Made by a program: the position numbers and the translations under genes. Under the pieces are notes generated by a model that did not search any database, was not told the origin of the DNA, and saw only the letters and a program-made list of their open reading frames with translations. Positions 43,296 to 52,898 of a DNA stretch of 64,000 nucleotides are shown one piece after another. Numbering within the stretch: position 1 is the stretch's first letter; each line of letters opens with the position of its first letter. Source of the DNA: a virus (Duplodnaviria > Heunggongvirae > Uroviricota > Caudoviricetes); IMG/VR virus record IMGVR_UViG_3300031998_000043, one strand, 5' to 3'.

Positions 43296-44366
43296 ATGTA
43301 CTTTGACAAATTTATTGACGGCTCTTATGCCGCCTCTGAAAGCGTTTCGCACATCGATATTCTCACCTCTGCTTTGGAAGGTGCTGAATTCGCTGCTGAT
43401 GCTGAAATTGCTCTCATCGAAGAAGATGGTCGTCTCTGCATGACTGTTGGCGCTGAAGGTATTGGTGACGCTATGGCTGCTGTGGCTGACAAGGCCAAGG
43501 AAGTTGGTACCAAGATCTGGAAGTGGCTTGTCGAATTCGTTCGCAAGGTTCGTGCTTTCGTGTCTCAGGCTATTATCTCCCTTCGTAATGGTGCTATTGT
43601 TAACACCCTTAAGAAGATTATGGCTAAGTCCAAGGCTAAAGCCAAAAACGACGAATGGAAGGAAAATGCTCCGAAGCCGGAACGTGTGACCAAGTGGAAC
43701 GTTGATGTGCAGCGTGCTCTCAATGGTATTTGGTTCATTTCTGATGCTGCTATTGACAAGCTTAAGATGGCTAGTGAGGAGGCCGAGAAAAAGCTGGACA
43801 AAGCTGCCAGCAAGACTACTGCCTTTGGCTCTGATAGAGATTACAATGGTGGCCCAGATGATGATGGAACGTTTAGAGCCATCCTCGCAGAAATTCCCCA
43901 GATCACGGATGAGGAAGGTCACAGACCATACGACAGGCATTGGAACAAGGGCACTACCAAAACCACTAATACCAAGTGGCTAGAACGTGTTGGCAACGAT
44001 GTTGTTGCCCTTTTCAAGCTTGATTCTGAATCCAAAAATGACCAGATCATCGAAAAGGCTGTCAAGATTGCTAATGGTATTATCAATCGCATGAGAAGAG
44101 ATCCTATCATGGAAATTTATAATACCCTAAAGGTTCTTGATACTGAAGTTGATATTGTTAAGAAGCTTTGCTCTGATGCTGGTAAGGATGGTGCTAGAGA
44201 ACTTAAGAAGATCAAGAAGTTCCAGAAGATTATCTCTAAGGTCGGTACCACTTGCACGCTCTTCTGTCGTCGTCAGCTTGGTTCCTACAAGAAGCTCACT
44301 GCTCTTACGATGCGCCTGTTCTCTATGGCTGGTTCTATGGAGAAGGAAGACTATAACGAAGACTAA
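43296..44366 (+). CDS. duplicated Ala/Lys-rich helical protein, copy 1 (highly expressed; possibly a structural or scaffold protein)
   Basis: 356 aa; the N-terminal ~150 aa and C-terminal ~45 aa are near-identical to copy 2; GC-enriched codon usage. Confidence 0.7.
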   Translation: MYFDKFIDGSYAASESVSHIDILTSALEGAEFAADAEIALIEEDGRLCMTVGAEGIGDAMAAVADKAKEVGTKIWKWLVEFVRKVRAFVSQAIISLRNGAIVNTLKKIMAKSKAKAKNDEWKENAPKPERVTKWNVDVQRALNGIWFISDAAIDKLKMASEEAEKKLDKAASKTTAFGSDRDYNGGPDDDGTFRAILAEIPQITDEEGHRPYDRHWNKGTTKTTNTKWLERVGNDVVALFKLDSESKNDQIIEKAVKIANGIINRMRRDPIMEIYNTLKVLDTEVDIVKKLCSDAGKDGARELKKIKKFQKIISKVGTTCTLFCRRQLGSYKKLTALTMRLFSMAGSMEKEDYNED

Positions 44367-44408
44367 TGTCTTTTAATATCACTTTACACCTGTAAAGTGA
44401 TATTTTTT

Positions 44409-44492
44409 ACTAACTATCCATTGAAATACGGGTCGCGACCGAAGAAACCTGTAGATTTCAAAACGTTTAACTAACAAAACAAGGATACATAT
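44409..44492 (+). promoter_or_regulatory. conserved leader or regulatory element (copy 2)
   Basis: CCATTGAAATACGGGTCGCGACCGAAGAAACCTGTA...AAACGTTTAAC...ACAAGGATA. Confidence 0.5.
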
Positions 44493-45569
44493 ATGTACTT
44501 TGATAAATTCCTCGACGGCTCTTACGCCGCCTCTGAAAGCGTTTCGCATATCGACATTCTCACCTCCGCCCTTGAAGGTGCCGAATTTGCCGCTGATGCC
44601 GAAATTGCTTTGATTGAAGAAGATGGTCGTCTTTGCATGACGGTTGGTGCCGAAGGCATTGGTGATGCTATGGCTGCCGTGGCTGATAAAGCCAAGGAAG
44701 TTGGTACCAAGATCTGGAAGTGGCTTGTTGAATTCGTTCGCAAGGTTCGTGCTTTCGTCTCTCAGGCTATCGTTTCTCTTCGCAATGGTGCTATCATTAA
44801 CACCCTCAAGAAGATTATTGCCAAGGGTAAGACCAAGGCTAAGAATGACGAATGGAAGGAAAATGCTCCGAAGCCGGAACGTGTGACCAAGTGGAACGTT
44901 GATGTGCAGCGTGCTCTCAATGGTATTTGGTTCATTTCTCAGGCTGCTGTTGACAAGCTCATGGCTGCAAACTCCAAGCTTGCTAAGAAGGCTGATAAGG
45001 CTGAAGCTAAGACTGCTTCCTTCGGCGCTGACGGTAGAGGTGCCAATCCTGGTGCTACCGATGATGATGGAACGTTCGAAGCCATCCTTGAGGAAATTCC
45101 CAAGATCAAGGATGAAGAAGATCACAATCCCTACAGCAGACATAGCGGACTGGGCGATACCAAGACCACTAATACTAAGTGGCTTGAAAGACTTGGACCC
45201 GAGATGGCTAAGATGTTTAAGCTTGACTCGGAAGAACCCAATGAAAGGATCATCAACAAGGCTTTGAACTTGGCCAATACGACCATCAATAAGATGAAGA
45301 ATGATCCTATCCTTAAGATGTATGATGCACTCAAGGTTCTTGATACCGAAGTTGCTATTGTCAAGAAGCTTTGTGCAGATGCCGGTAAGGATGGCGCTAA
45401 GGAACTCAAGAGAATCAAGAAGTACCAGAAGGCTGTGTCCAAGGTTGGTACGACTTGCACGCTCTTCTGCCGTCGTCAGCTTGGTTCCTACAAGAAGCTC
45501 ACTGCCCTCATTATGCGTCTTTACTCTATGGCTGGTTCTATGGAGAAGGAAGACTATAACGAAGACTAA
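44493..45569 (+). CDS. duplicated Ala/Lys-rich helical protein, copy 2
   Basis: 358 aa; tandem paralog of 43296..44366. Confidence 0.7.
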   Translation: MYFDKFLDGSYAASESVSHIDILTSALEGAEFAADAEIALIEEDGRLCMTVGAEGIGDAMAAVADKAKEVGTKIWKWLVEFVRKVRAFVSQAIVSLRNGAIINTLKKIIAKGKTKAKNDEWKENAPKPERVTKWNVDVQRALNGIWFISQAAVDKLMAANSKLAKKADKAEAKTASFGADGRGANPGATDDDGTFEAILEEIPKIKDEEDHNPYSRHSGLGDTKTTNTKWLERLGPEMAKMFKLDSEEPNERIINKALNLANTTINKMKNDPILKMYDALKVLDTEVAIVKKLCADAGKDGAKELKRIKKYQKAVSKVGTTCTLFCRRQLGSYKKLTALIMRLYSMAGSMEKEDYNED

Positions 45570-45664
45570 GTTTGGCTTTGTTTTTATCGCTTCTGATAAA
45601 CCTATAAGGGTAAAACCTTATAGGTTTATTTTATTGAACTCATGATTGAAAGAAAGAGGTTTTT

Positions 45665-46057
45665 ATGGACTTGAAAGAATTTGAAAATCTCTCTGTAGAG
45701 GATAAAGAAATCCTAATGGAGATTCTTAATGATACTATGGATATTTTTAGAGAATATCCTGAAAATGAAGATGATGAAAAGCTTCCTGAAGCTAATGAAG
45801 GTGTGATGATTAAGCGTATGAACTGGACTACGCAGGGTGTTATTGATAAAAAGGTATCCAAAGTCTGTGTTCTTCTTGCTAAGTCTAATGGTGACCCGCT
45901 ATATGAAAGATTTAAGTTCTTCAAAACAAAATGGAGATTCTTCAGAGAGAAGATCCGTATGAAATATGGTGGAAGAGCCAGAGCTATTGTGCTTTCTAAT
46001 GGTGGTGTTAATGCTACCGATCTCGGTGAAGCTGTCAAGGCTGCCTTACACAAATAA
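45665..46057 (+). CDS. hypothetical protein
   Basis: RBS AAGAGGTTTTT-ATG. Confidence 0.5.
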   Translation: MDLKEFENLSVEDKEILMEILNDTMDIFREYPENEDDEKLPEANEGVMIKRMNWTTQGVIDKKVSKVCVLLAKSNGDPLYERFKFFKTKWRFFREKIRMKYGGRARAIVLSNGGVNATDLGEAVKAALHK

Positions 46058-46105
46058 TAATAGTGTCTCTTCGGAGACACTTAATTTTAATCAAAGGAAC
46101 CAAGT

Positions 46106-46864
46106 ATGGAAATTGAAGGATCTAATTTTGATGAAGAAATTAACATTCTTAAATCTGAAATGGGCGAACTAGACAAGCTCTATAAGGACTCTGAAGCGCT
46201 TCTAAAGAATGTTCAGAATTCCAGAAGCCGAGGAAGTTTAGCATTCTCTCATCTTCAGACTGGTAACTTGATTGCCATTAAGAATGCTAAAATCTCTGCC
46301 ATAAAAGGCATAATGACACTTAAGGAAAAGAAGTTCAAGCAGGAAATTCAGCAGAAGCTTATGAATGATGCTGCTAATTCCGGTGGATTCTCTGTCGGAG
46401 AACTTGTTGATATTCTTTCTGCGAATAATGTTTCATTTAATCCTAAGAACTTTACTGAGGCACAAATTGTAGAAAGTGAAGAAGACTTTGAGAAAAAGGT
46501 CAAAGAACAGATTGAGAAATCCAAAGATATTGCTAAGGCTTCTCAGGCTGAAAATGACTCTGCCGATTTTGTTCCAGATGAGTATCAACCTCCCGAACCA
46601 GAAAAAGATCTTTCAATGGTCGCTGTTGAGGATCTTATCGATATTCCTGCCAAGACTGAAGAATATGAGATCGTGGCAGAAGCCAAGACTGGTGTTCTTC
46701 ATGTCATAGACCTTTCTGCTAGCCATGACGATATTATTGTCGAAATGGACAAAGACCTTGTTGGTATTGATGCTGATGAAAAAGCTGAAATGGATTTTTC
46801 CGGTGTCATTCCTAAAGCAAAATTCCGTGGACAAGATATTGAAGTGGTCGAAATCGAGACTTAA
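46106..46864 (+). CDS. hypothetical acidic coiled-coil protein
   Basis: RBS AAAGGAACCAAGT-ATG. Confidence 0.55.
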   Translation: MEIEGSNFDEEINILKSEMGELDKLYKDSEALLKNVQNSRSRGSLAFSHLQTGNLIAIKNAKISAIKGIMTLKEKKFKQEIQQKLMNDAANSGGFSVGELVDILSANNVSFNPKNFTEAQIVESEEDFEKKVKEQIEKSKDIAKASQAENDSADFVPDEYQPPEPEKDLSMVAVEDLIDIPAKTEEYEIVAEAKTGVLHVIDLSASHDDIIVEMDKDLVGIDADEKAEMDFSGVIPKAKFRGQDIEVVEIET

Positions 46865-46938
46865 ATATAATGGTATACTCCGGTATACCATTTTTTAATA
46901 CTCCGAACTTCTAAATGCACGAAAATAGAGAGGAATAT

Positions 46939-48846
46939 ATGAGCCATAAGTACAAACTAGTCTCTGTCAAGAAATTGACAACAAAGACTGATGTTAAGAA
47001 GTATAACAATGGTATTCTAACAGTCTATTATGAAGACGGAGTCAGAAAGTTTGACTTCGATGCAGATCCAACAGTAAGATTTCATGTTTCTAAACCTGAA
47101 TTTGTTGCCAAACATGGTGACAATCCATATGTAGTACCTCTTGAAGAAACAGAAGAGATTGAATGTAAGTATAGAGAAATCTATGAAGCAATCATTGATT
47201 ATCAGGCCACATTTGACCCTGAAGCAGCAGTAAAAAATGTTGCGTTACTTGATAGCTTCAGAAAAAATAAAAAGAATCCTGAGAATTTCTTTTTGTGTCC
47301 TTTTGTTCATGGTGCTGATGTAGAGCTTACCGACCATTATATTCGTAGATTTAATGATGAGAAAGTTGCCCCGAATGGTGGAGAAGACAAAGATGTTCGC
47401 TTGAACAAGGTCTTCTGGGATATCGAATGCGATAACCGTCAGATCAGACGATTTGTGGAAGCTGAAGAAGCTCTGACTCCTATTAACGCTATTTCTTGCT
47501 TTGACAGTAGAACATCTACTCTAGTATTAAGATTTCTTGATGATACCGTTGAAGGACAGTATGTTGAGAAGAATCCACAAATTGATAAATTTAAGTCTCG
47601 TATAGAAGAGATTAGAAGCAAGTATGAAGAGGAATGGAATGCCATTCAGAAGAAAATCTTTAAAGACATAGAGAAACCTCACATTAATGTCGAGATTAAG
47701 TTCTATGGTGAAGAAATTGATTTGATTCAGGATCATTTTAATGACTTGAACTACAGGTTTGCTGCTGACGTTGTTATAGCATTTAACCATGGTTTTGACT
47801 GGGGCTATACAATCAATCGTCTTGATCGTCTTGGATTTGATGCAGGTGATATTATTGCACCTAAAGAATTTCCGAAAGACTATCGTAGAGCCTATTATAT
47901 TGCAGATAAATTTGCAAAGGATATTAAGAAGCGTCACGATGCATTCTATATTCCGGCATTCTATTCTATTATAGACATGCAGCAGAATTATTATGCAATT
48001 CGTAATATGAGTCCTGAAGACTATACTCTTGACTGGTTGGCTGAAAGTGTCATTGGTGTCCGTAAGGTTGAACACGATGATATTGAAATGGCTGACTTCC
48101 CGTATGAGGATTATGAATTGTTCTGTAAGTACTCTGGGCAAGATACTCTAGTCATGTATTGGATCGAACAGAAAGTCAACGATGTCGATACAATCATGCT
48201 GTTTAGAGGTCTGACTCATACTCGTGAGAATAAGGTACTTACCAAGACTACAATGCTTCGTAACTTTATCGAATGGTTCTTCATAAATAAATGTGACCTA
48301 GTTCTATCGAATAACCGTACTAGATTGTTCAATAAGATCTATGACAAGAAGAAAGCCAATGGTGGAAATCCGATTAAGTATCCTGAATTGGAACCTTATC
48401 GAAAAGATGCTATGGCTGCTGACTATACTGAAGTTGGTGAGGATGAAGATGAAGAACTGGTTACTGAGGATCTTGAGGAAGTTGTATCGCAAGTTTCTAA
48501 GATCCAAGAGGAAAAGAAGGTTAAGTTCAAAGGTGCATTTGTAGCTGACCCGAACCTGCTTATCGCTAATGGTATCCAGATTCTTGGCAAAGCCAGTACA
48601 CTGATTTATGACTTTGTTTGTGACTCTGACTTGTCGTCACTATATCCGTCCATTAAGATTGCATGGAACCTCTTTATCACTACTATGCTTGGAAAGATTC
48701 TTCCGAAGAGCAATACGAATGATATTGAGTATTCTGCAACACTTGCCAATTATATCATGACAAGAAATGATATTAAGATCGGTGAGCAGTATTTCGGACT
48801 TCCGTCTCATACTGAATGGACTAAGTTAATTCTCTCTCGTGCATAA
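46939..48846 (+). CDS. family B DNA polymerase, N-terminal part (3'-5' exonuclease domain plus palm motif A); the gene is truncated or split
   Basis: Exo I FWDIECD; Exo II FNHGFDWGY; Exo III YSGQD; pre-A GAFVADP; motif A DLSSLYPS; no motif B or C; ends 70 aa after motif A at a terminator. Confidence 0.75.
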   Translation: MSHKYKLVSVKKLTTKTDVKKYNNGILTVYYEDGVRKFDFDADPTVRFHVSKPEFVAKHGDNPYVVPLEETEEIECKYREIYEAIIDYQATFDPEAAVKNVALLDSFRKNKKNPENFFLCPFVHGADVELTDHYIRRFNDEKVAPNGGEDKDVRLNKVFWDIECDNRQIRRFVEAEEALTPINAISCFDSRTSTLVLRFLDDTVEGQYVEKNPQIDKFKSRIEEIRSKYEEEWNAIQKKIFKDIEKPHINVEIKFYGEEIDLIQDHFNDLNYRFAADVVIAFNHGFDWGYTINRLDRLGFDAGDIIAPKEFPKDYRRAYYIADKFAKDIKKRHDAFYIPAFYSIIDMQQNYYAIRNMSPEDYTLDWLAESVIGVRKVEHDDIEMADFPYEDYELFCKYSGQDTLVMYWIEQKVNDVDTIMLFRGLTHTRENKVLTKTTMLRNFIEWFFINKCDLVLSNNRTRLFNKIYDKKKANGGNPIKYPELEPYRKDAMAADYTEVGEDEDEELVTEDLEEVVSQVSKIQEEKKVKFKGAFVADPNLLIANGIQILGKASTLIYDFVCDSDLSSLYPSIKIAWNLFITTMLGKILPKSNTNDIEYSATLANYIMTRNDIKIGEQYFGLPSHTEWTKLILSRA

Positions 48847-48849
48847 AAG

Positions 48850-48885
48850 TTATCCACTAGGCTTTTGCTTAGTGGATAATTTTAT
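48850..48885 (+). terminator. rho-independent terminator
   Basis: TTATCCACTA-ggcttttgct-TAGTGGATAA followed by TTTTAT. Confidence 0.6.
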
Positions 48886-48918
48886 ATAAAAACTAGCCTT
48901 ATCCTAGGAGAATTTAAA

Positions 48919-49044
48919 ATGGCAACAAAAGAAGAAACCGAAGACGAAGAAGAAAGAAGCTTCAAAGACATCGAAGCTGAAGTTAAAGATAATTTCAAGA
49001 ACGTAATTGACGGAAAATTTGCGGAGGTACTATATGGAGAATAG
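48919..49044 (+). CDS. 41-aa acidic mini-protein
   Basis: RBS TAGGAGAATTTAAA-ATG; MATKEETEDEEERSF. Confidence 0.35.
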   Translation: MATKEETEDEEERSFKDIEAEVKDNFKNVIDGKFAEVLYGE

Positions 49045-49948
49045 CGGAATTGCAGAAGCCGTACATACAATGGAAAGCATCAATCCATCTCCTAATCCAA
49101 CACAGTTTGTTAAGTCTGCTAATCTGTTCAAGTATGTTCTTCGTATGAAGCATAAGATTGCAGAAGAACATATTGACTATGTGGAACTGTGTCTTAACTA
49201 CATTCTTGCAGATGAAAAGCCTGTGAACAACTGTGTGATGTTCACAGACGTTGAAAATGAAATCATGGATCAACCTTTGTGGTACTTTGGTCTCAATCAA
49301 GAAACGCTGATGCCTGAACCGATCGATGTTGATAATATTCCGGATTACCAAACATATGCGCTCATCGTAATCTCTGGTGGCGAGAATGTGTGTATTCCGG
49401 GAAATTGGAGAGACAGTATAGTTTATCCGAGAATCAACAAAAAGAAATTGTTTGCTGGTGTTAAGACTGCAAAGGGTTATAACCCCATCTTCGCAAATGT
49501 TAAGGCTCTCGAAGCTTCTAACTGTGGAAGGCTTACTTTGTTCTATACAAGAGAAGTTCCGTTGATGTTCAACATGGCAGAATGGAATCTTGCACATGGA
49601 ACTTACAAGGATGAAAATGGTGACTTGCACATTAGTCTTGCCAGAGGTCAAGGTCTTATTGTTAAATTTAAGGAATTGATCGATCATCCCGAAAAGTACG
49701 CCAGGTACCTTGTTGAAGGTGAAGACTCGCTTAGTGAACATGATAGGTTCTATATGTCTACTGAAGTGACTTCGAACTCGGAGTATGCCAAGTACAGAAG
49801 ACTTCCCGGTGTTGTCTTGCGTAAGACTTCCAAGGGAAAGCTTTTCCCAACAGTTGAATTGCAATCTATCTGTGAGGGAGAGCCTCTGCCGTATAAGGAA
49901 GAGTCCAGTGAAATGTCTGAATACTGTGTACTGTTAGAGACTGCGTAG
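49034..49948 (+). CDS. hypothetical protein
   Basis: RBS GAGGTACTAT-ATG; overlaps the mini-ORF by 11 nt. Confidence 0.55.
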   Translation: MENSGIAEAVHTMESINPSPNPTQFVKSANLFKYVLRMKHKIAEEHIDYVELCLNYILADEKPVNNCVMFTDVENEIMDQPLWYFGLNQETLMPEPIDVDNIPDYQTYALIVISGGENVCIPGNWRDSIVYPRINKKKLFAGVKTAKGYNPIFANVKALEASNCGRLTLFYTREVPLMFNMAEWNLAHGTYKDENGDLHISLARGQGLIVKFKELIDHPEKYARYLVEGEDSLSEHDRFYMSTEVTSNSEYAKYRRLPGVVLRKTSKGKLFPTVELQSICEGEPLPYKEESSEMSEYCVLLETA

Positions 49949-49966
49949 GGGCGAAATTAGCCCAAA

Positions 49967-50002
49967 GACAGGAGGGTCGTATCCTCTCCTCCTGTCTTTT
50001 TT
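49967..50002 (+). terminator. rho-independent terminator
   Basis: AGACAGGAGG-12 nt loop-CCTCCTGTCT followed by TTTTTTG. Confidence 0.65.
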
Positions 50003-50009
50003 GTATATG
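50001..50009 (+). promoter_or_regulatory. TTGTATATGG promoter-like variant
   Basis: follows the terminator T-run, as in the moron cassettes. Confidence 0.3.
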
Positions 50010-50044
50010 GAACTTTCTAATGAAAAAATTTACAAGAGGCTGAT

Positions 50045-52858
50045 ATGGCAACTGAAGTTGATCCGACTCTCAACACTATAAGTAATGACCAATATGGATT
50101 TATGCAAGCTTTTATGAAGCTTGCAGAAGAGTGTTTTCCGCAAGTTCCAGAGTCTGCCGAAGATACCGTAAAGACTGGTATGTTCGGTTATCTTACTGAA
50201 ATTGCTTCTCATTCTGCAAAGAGCTCTCAGTTCCATAGGGCTATGATGTATAATGAGTTCTTCCTTAATACTGCTATGATGCCGACAACGGTATATAACA
50301 TGGCTGAATCTGAAGGTGTTGAACTTAAGGCTTCAAGACCGGCTTCTTGTACTATTATTATGGAAATTGAAAAGACTAAGTTCCTTAGTCTTATTGATTC
50401 TAACGAAAATGGTTGGCTAGAAATTAACCGTGATTATTTTTTGATCAAACTAGATAATACAGAATTTAGACTTCCATTCTCTTTGATTTTTAGCAGAAAT
50501 GCAAATGGTATAAAAGGATTCTATCGTAGTGTTTCTATCTCTAATGGAGGTAGAACTCTTAGTGCTGAAACACCACTATTTGCTACTGTTTATGATTTTG
50601 CAAACGGATGCTCGATTCCTGTAAAGGAATACTATGATGAGGCTAAGAAAGCTACTATGGTATCTTTCTCCATTCTGGTATTCAATGTAATGTATAGCTA
50701 CTATGAGAATACCTATACAGATGCTTCTAATGCTAGTATTAGTAAATATATGATAGACTTTGAAAATAAGTATGTAGGAGCTACAGCATTTGAGAAATTT
50801 AATGAGAATGATGAATGGCAGCCACTTGAAGTTGTTACATCATCGCTAAAAACAGTAAACGAGTCCTCTCATAGCGTTTATCTGAAACGCCTTGATGCGG
50901 ATACCGTCCTCTTCTACTTTGGGCGTGATGATAGAACTTACATTCCTGTTAACGGAACTAACCTGAAGTTTATTGTTGCCACTACTAATGGCGAAAACGG
51001 TAATTTTACCTTTAAAGGTACTCCAGCTATTAGCATTGATAATGTTGACTATGCGTCTGAATTCTCTTCTTGGGTCTTCTCGTCTCCGGCAGGTGGATCT
51101 GACGAAGATTCTATTATGACGCATAAGAAGGACATCTACACCAATCGCACTAAAGCAAAGCTCCTCGGTTCTGAAAATGACTTGAATGAGTTCTTTGCTA
51201 GTACTTCTGTTGGTAATGAAAAGTCTAAAGTACTTGTATTTAAAAAGCGTGATGATCTCATTAACCGTGAGTTTAATTCTTTCGCTATGCTTTCTGACGA
51301 TACATGTACGTATGAAACCAATACCATACCTATGGTAAAAATTGATAATGCAATTACAGTTGGAGAAGAATGTAAAGCAAAAATTCTTCCATACATGCCT
51401 ATTAAATATACATTTGATGAATATGATGAAACAGATGAAACTGACAAATACTATCTATATGGAGAAGTCATTGATGTAAATGATCCCGTTAATGATGTTA
51501 AGAGTCTTCTTCTCGATCGAAATAAATTCATTTACTTTACTCCATACTCGTACTACATTTATGGAAGTAATACTTCCCTTTACAATGTATATGTCTACGA
51601 TGAGCATATCAGCGAAAACTATTCAGTTTTTATCAAGACCCTAACTTCTGAATCTATAGATACGCCTATTGTTAACTACGTTAAAGCAAATAGAAATCCC
51701 GCTTTGAGCAATCTTATTCATGTGTATACCTATATTACTGAATCTGAAATCAGTAAGAATAGATATTTTCTTATGATTAAAGATAGGGATGAAAATATCA
51801 TAGCTTTTGAGATGAATAAGAATGAATCTGAAGGCTGTTATGAAATTGCTTTATATACAGAAGAGATTAGAGAAGATACTGGTTATAATAGACATAAGAT
51901 GAAAATATCTAGCATTGGCTATGTCATGTACGATACATCTGCCTCCTCTGATGAAGTACCGGAATGGAAGCCAATGGAAGAAGGCGACTGGTTCTTGGAT
52001 ATTAGCGAGGCGTATGTATATTGTCTTGAGCCAATCGATGATAACAATCTTATTCCAGATAACAAAGACTCCTATGAAGTTCTTAGAGGAGCTACAGGTG
52101 TTCTATTTGACTATAGACTGAAATCTATTAGCACTATCACTGGTGGGTTTAAGTTCTTTGAGAATATGAATGACATTCTATCTATTGATCTTAAGCCTGT
52201 TAATAATGACCAAGAAGGTCACAATCTCTATCTAGAAATGATGCCTGTGGTTGGTGGTAGAATGCTATTCTCTAATTCTGTGTATGAAAGTTTCATGGCA
52301 TTGAATAAGAGTGTTATAGATTCTGTTCGTGCAGCAGCAAAGAGACTGCATAACAATACTAAACTGACTTTGAAGTACTTTAATACATATGGGAGAACTA
52401 ACTTCTGGAATGGCCAGATTTTGTCACTTGAAGGTGATGAAGCTTTACCGATCAATCTTAAAAAGCCTAATTTGTTCTATGAGATTATTGTCGATAGACA
52501 AAATGGGTATGATGAAGAGATTGAGAAGAGTATTTCTGCCATTGTTAGAGCATGGACTGAATCCTTATTTGATCTCGTATATAACAATGTTCTTATTACT
52601 GAAAGAATCTCTCTTAGTAACCTTCTCAAAGAACTTGAGACTAAGATTACTGACTGTGACTCTATAAATATTAAGGCTGTTAATGAGATCGAGCACTTAA
52701 AATACATTCTCCCTATCGAAAGATATAGAGAGCTGTTGAATGGTGAAAGCTCCAGTCCTTACTTTGTACCTTCATTCCCGTCAGTTAACCTTGGTGTGTT
52801 GAATGAAAGTCGTGCATTGAAGAAGGAAAACGACATCCTTATTCAGTTCGTTTCGTAA
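50045..52858 (+). CDS. large virion-associated protein (937 aa; portal or structural candidate, function unknown)
   Basis: RBS AAGAGGCTGAT-ATG; long uninterrupted ORF located near the terminase gene. Confidence 0.6.
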   Translation: MATEVDPTLNTISNDQYGFMQAFMKLAEECFPQVPESAEDTVKTGMFGYLTEIASHSAKSSQFHRAMMYNEFFLNTAMMPTTVYNMAESEGVELKASRPASCTIIMEIEKTKFLSLIDSNENGWLEINRDYFLIKLDNTEFRLPFSLIFSRNANGIKGFYRSVSISNGGRTLSAETPLFATVYDFANGCSIPVKEYYDEAKKATMVSFSILVFNVMYSYYENTYTDASNASISKYMIDFENKYVGATAFEKFNENDEWQPLEVVTSSLKTVNESSHSVYLKRLDADTVLFYFGRDDRTYIPVNGTNLKFIVATTNGENGNFTFKGTPAISIDNVDYASEFSSWVFSSPAGGSDEDSIMTHKKDIYTNRTKAKLLGSENDLNEFFASTSVGNEKSKVLVFKKRDDLINREFNSFAMLSDDTCTYETNTIPMVKIDNAITVGEECKAKILPYMPIKYTFDEYDETDETDKYYLYGEVIDVNDPVNDVKSLLLDRNKFIYFTPYSYYIYGSNTSLYNVYVYDEHISENYSVFIKTLTSESIDTPIVNYVKANRNPALSNLIHVYTYITESEISKNRYFLMIKDRDENIIAFEMNKNESEGCYEIALYTEEIREDTGYNRHKMKISSIGYVMYDTSASSDEVPEWKPMEEGDWFLDISEAYVYCLEPIDDNNLIPDNKDSYEVLRGATGVLFDYRLKSISTITGGFKFFENMNDILSIDLKPVNNDQEGHNLYLEMMPVVGGRMLFSNSVYESFMALNKSVIDSVRAAAKRLHNNTKLTLKYFNTYGRTNFWNGQILSLEGDEALPINLKKPNLFYEIIVDRQNGYDEEIEKSISAIVRAWTESLFDLVYNNVLITERISLSNLLKELETKITDCDSINIKAVNEIEHLKYILPIERYRELLNGESSSPYFVPSFPSVNLGVLNESRALKKENDILIQFVS

Positions 52859-52865
52859 AAAATTA

Positions 52866-52898
52866 AATTCAGAATACTTATGTATTCTGAATTTTTTA
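52866..52898. terminator. bidirectional terminator
   Basis: AATTCAGAATAC-TTAT-GTATTCTGAATT followed by TTTTAT; the minus-strand gene stops immediately after it. Confidence 0.65.

Larger units (their letters stand above)
43213..45569 (+). repeat. tandem duplication of about 1.2 kb (gene plus leader) with a diverged central segment
   Basis: the leaders, the 5' ~450 nt and the 3' ~140 nt are about 85-90% identical; differences are mainly at synonymous third positions. Confidence 0.8.

Noticed and set aside
43263-45143. 225-aa and 254-aa minus-strand ORFs (43263..43940 and 44379..45143) antisense to the duplicated genes
   Set aside because: They are shadow ORFs of codon-biased genes. The duplication, RBS and leader conservation support the plus strand.
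43296-45569. Diversity-generating retroelement explanation for the variable middle of the duplicated genes
   Set aside because: No reverse transcriptase and no template or variable repeat pair. The differences are not adenine-specific, and the variable region is non-alignable rather than point-mutated.
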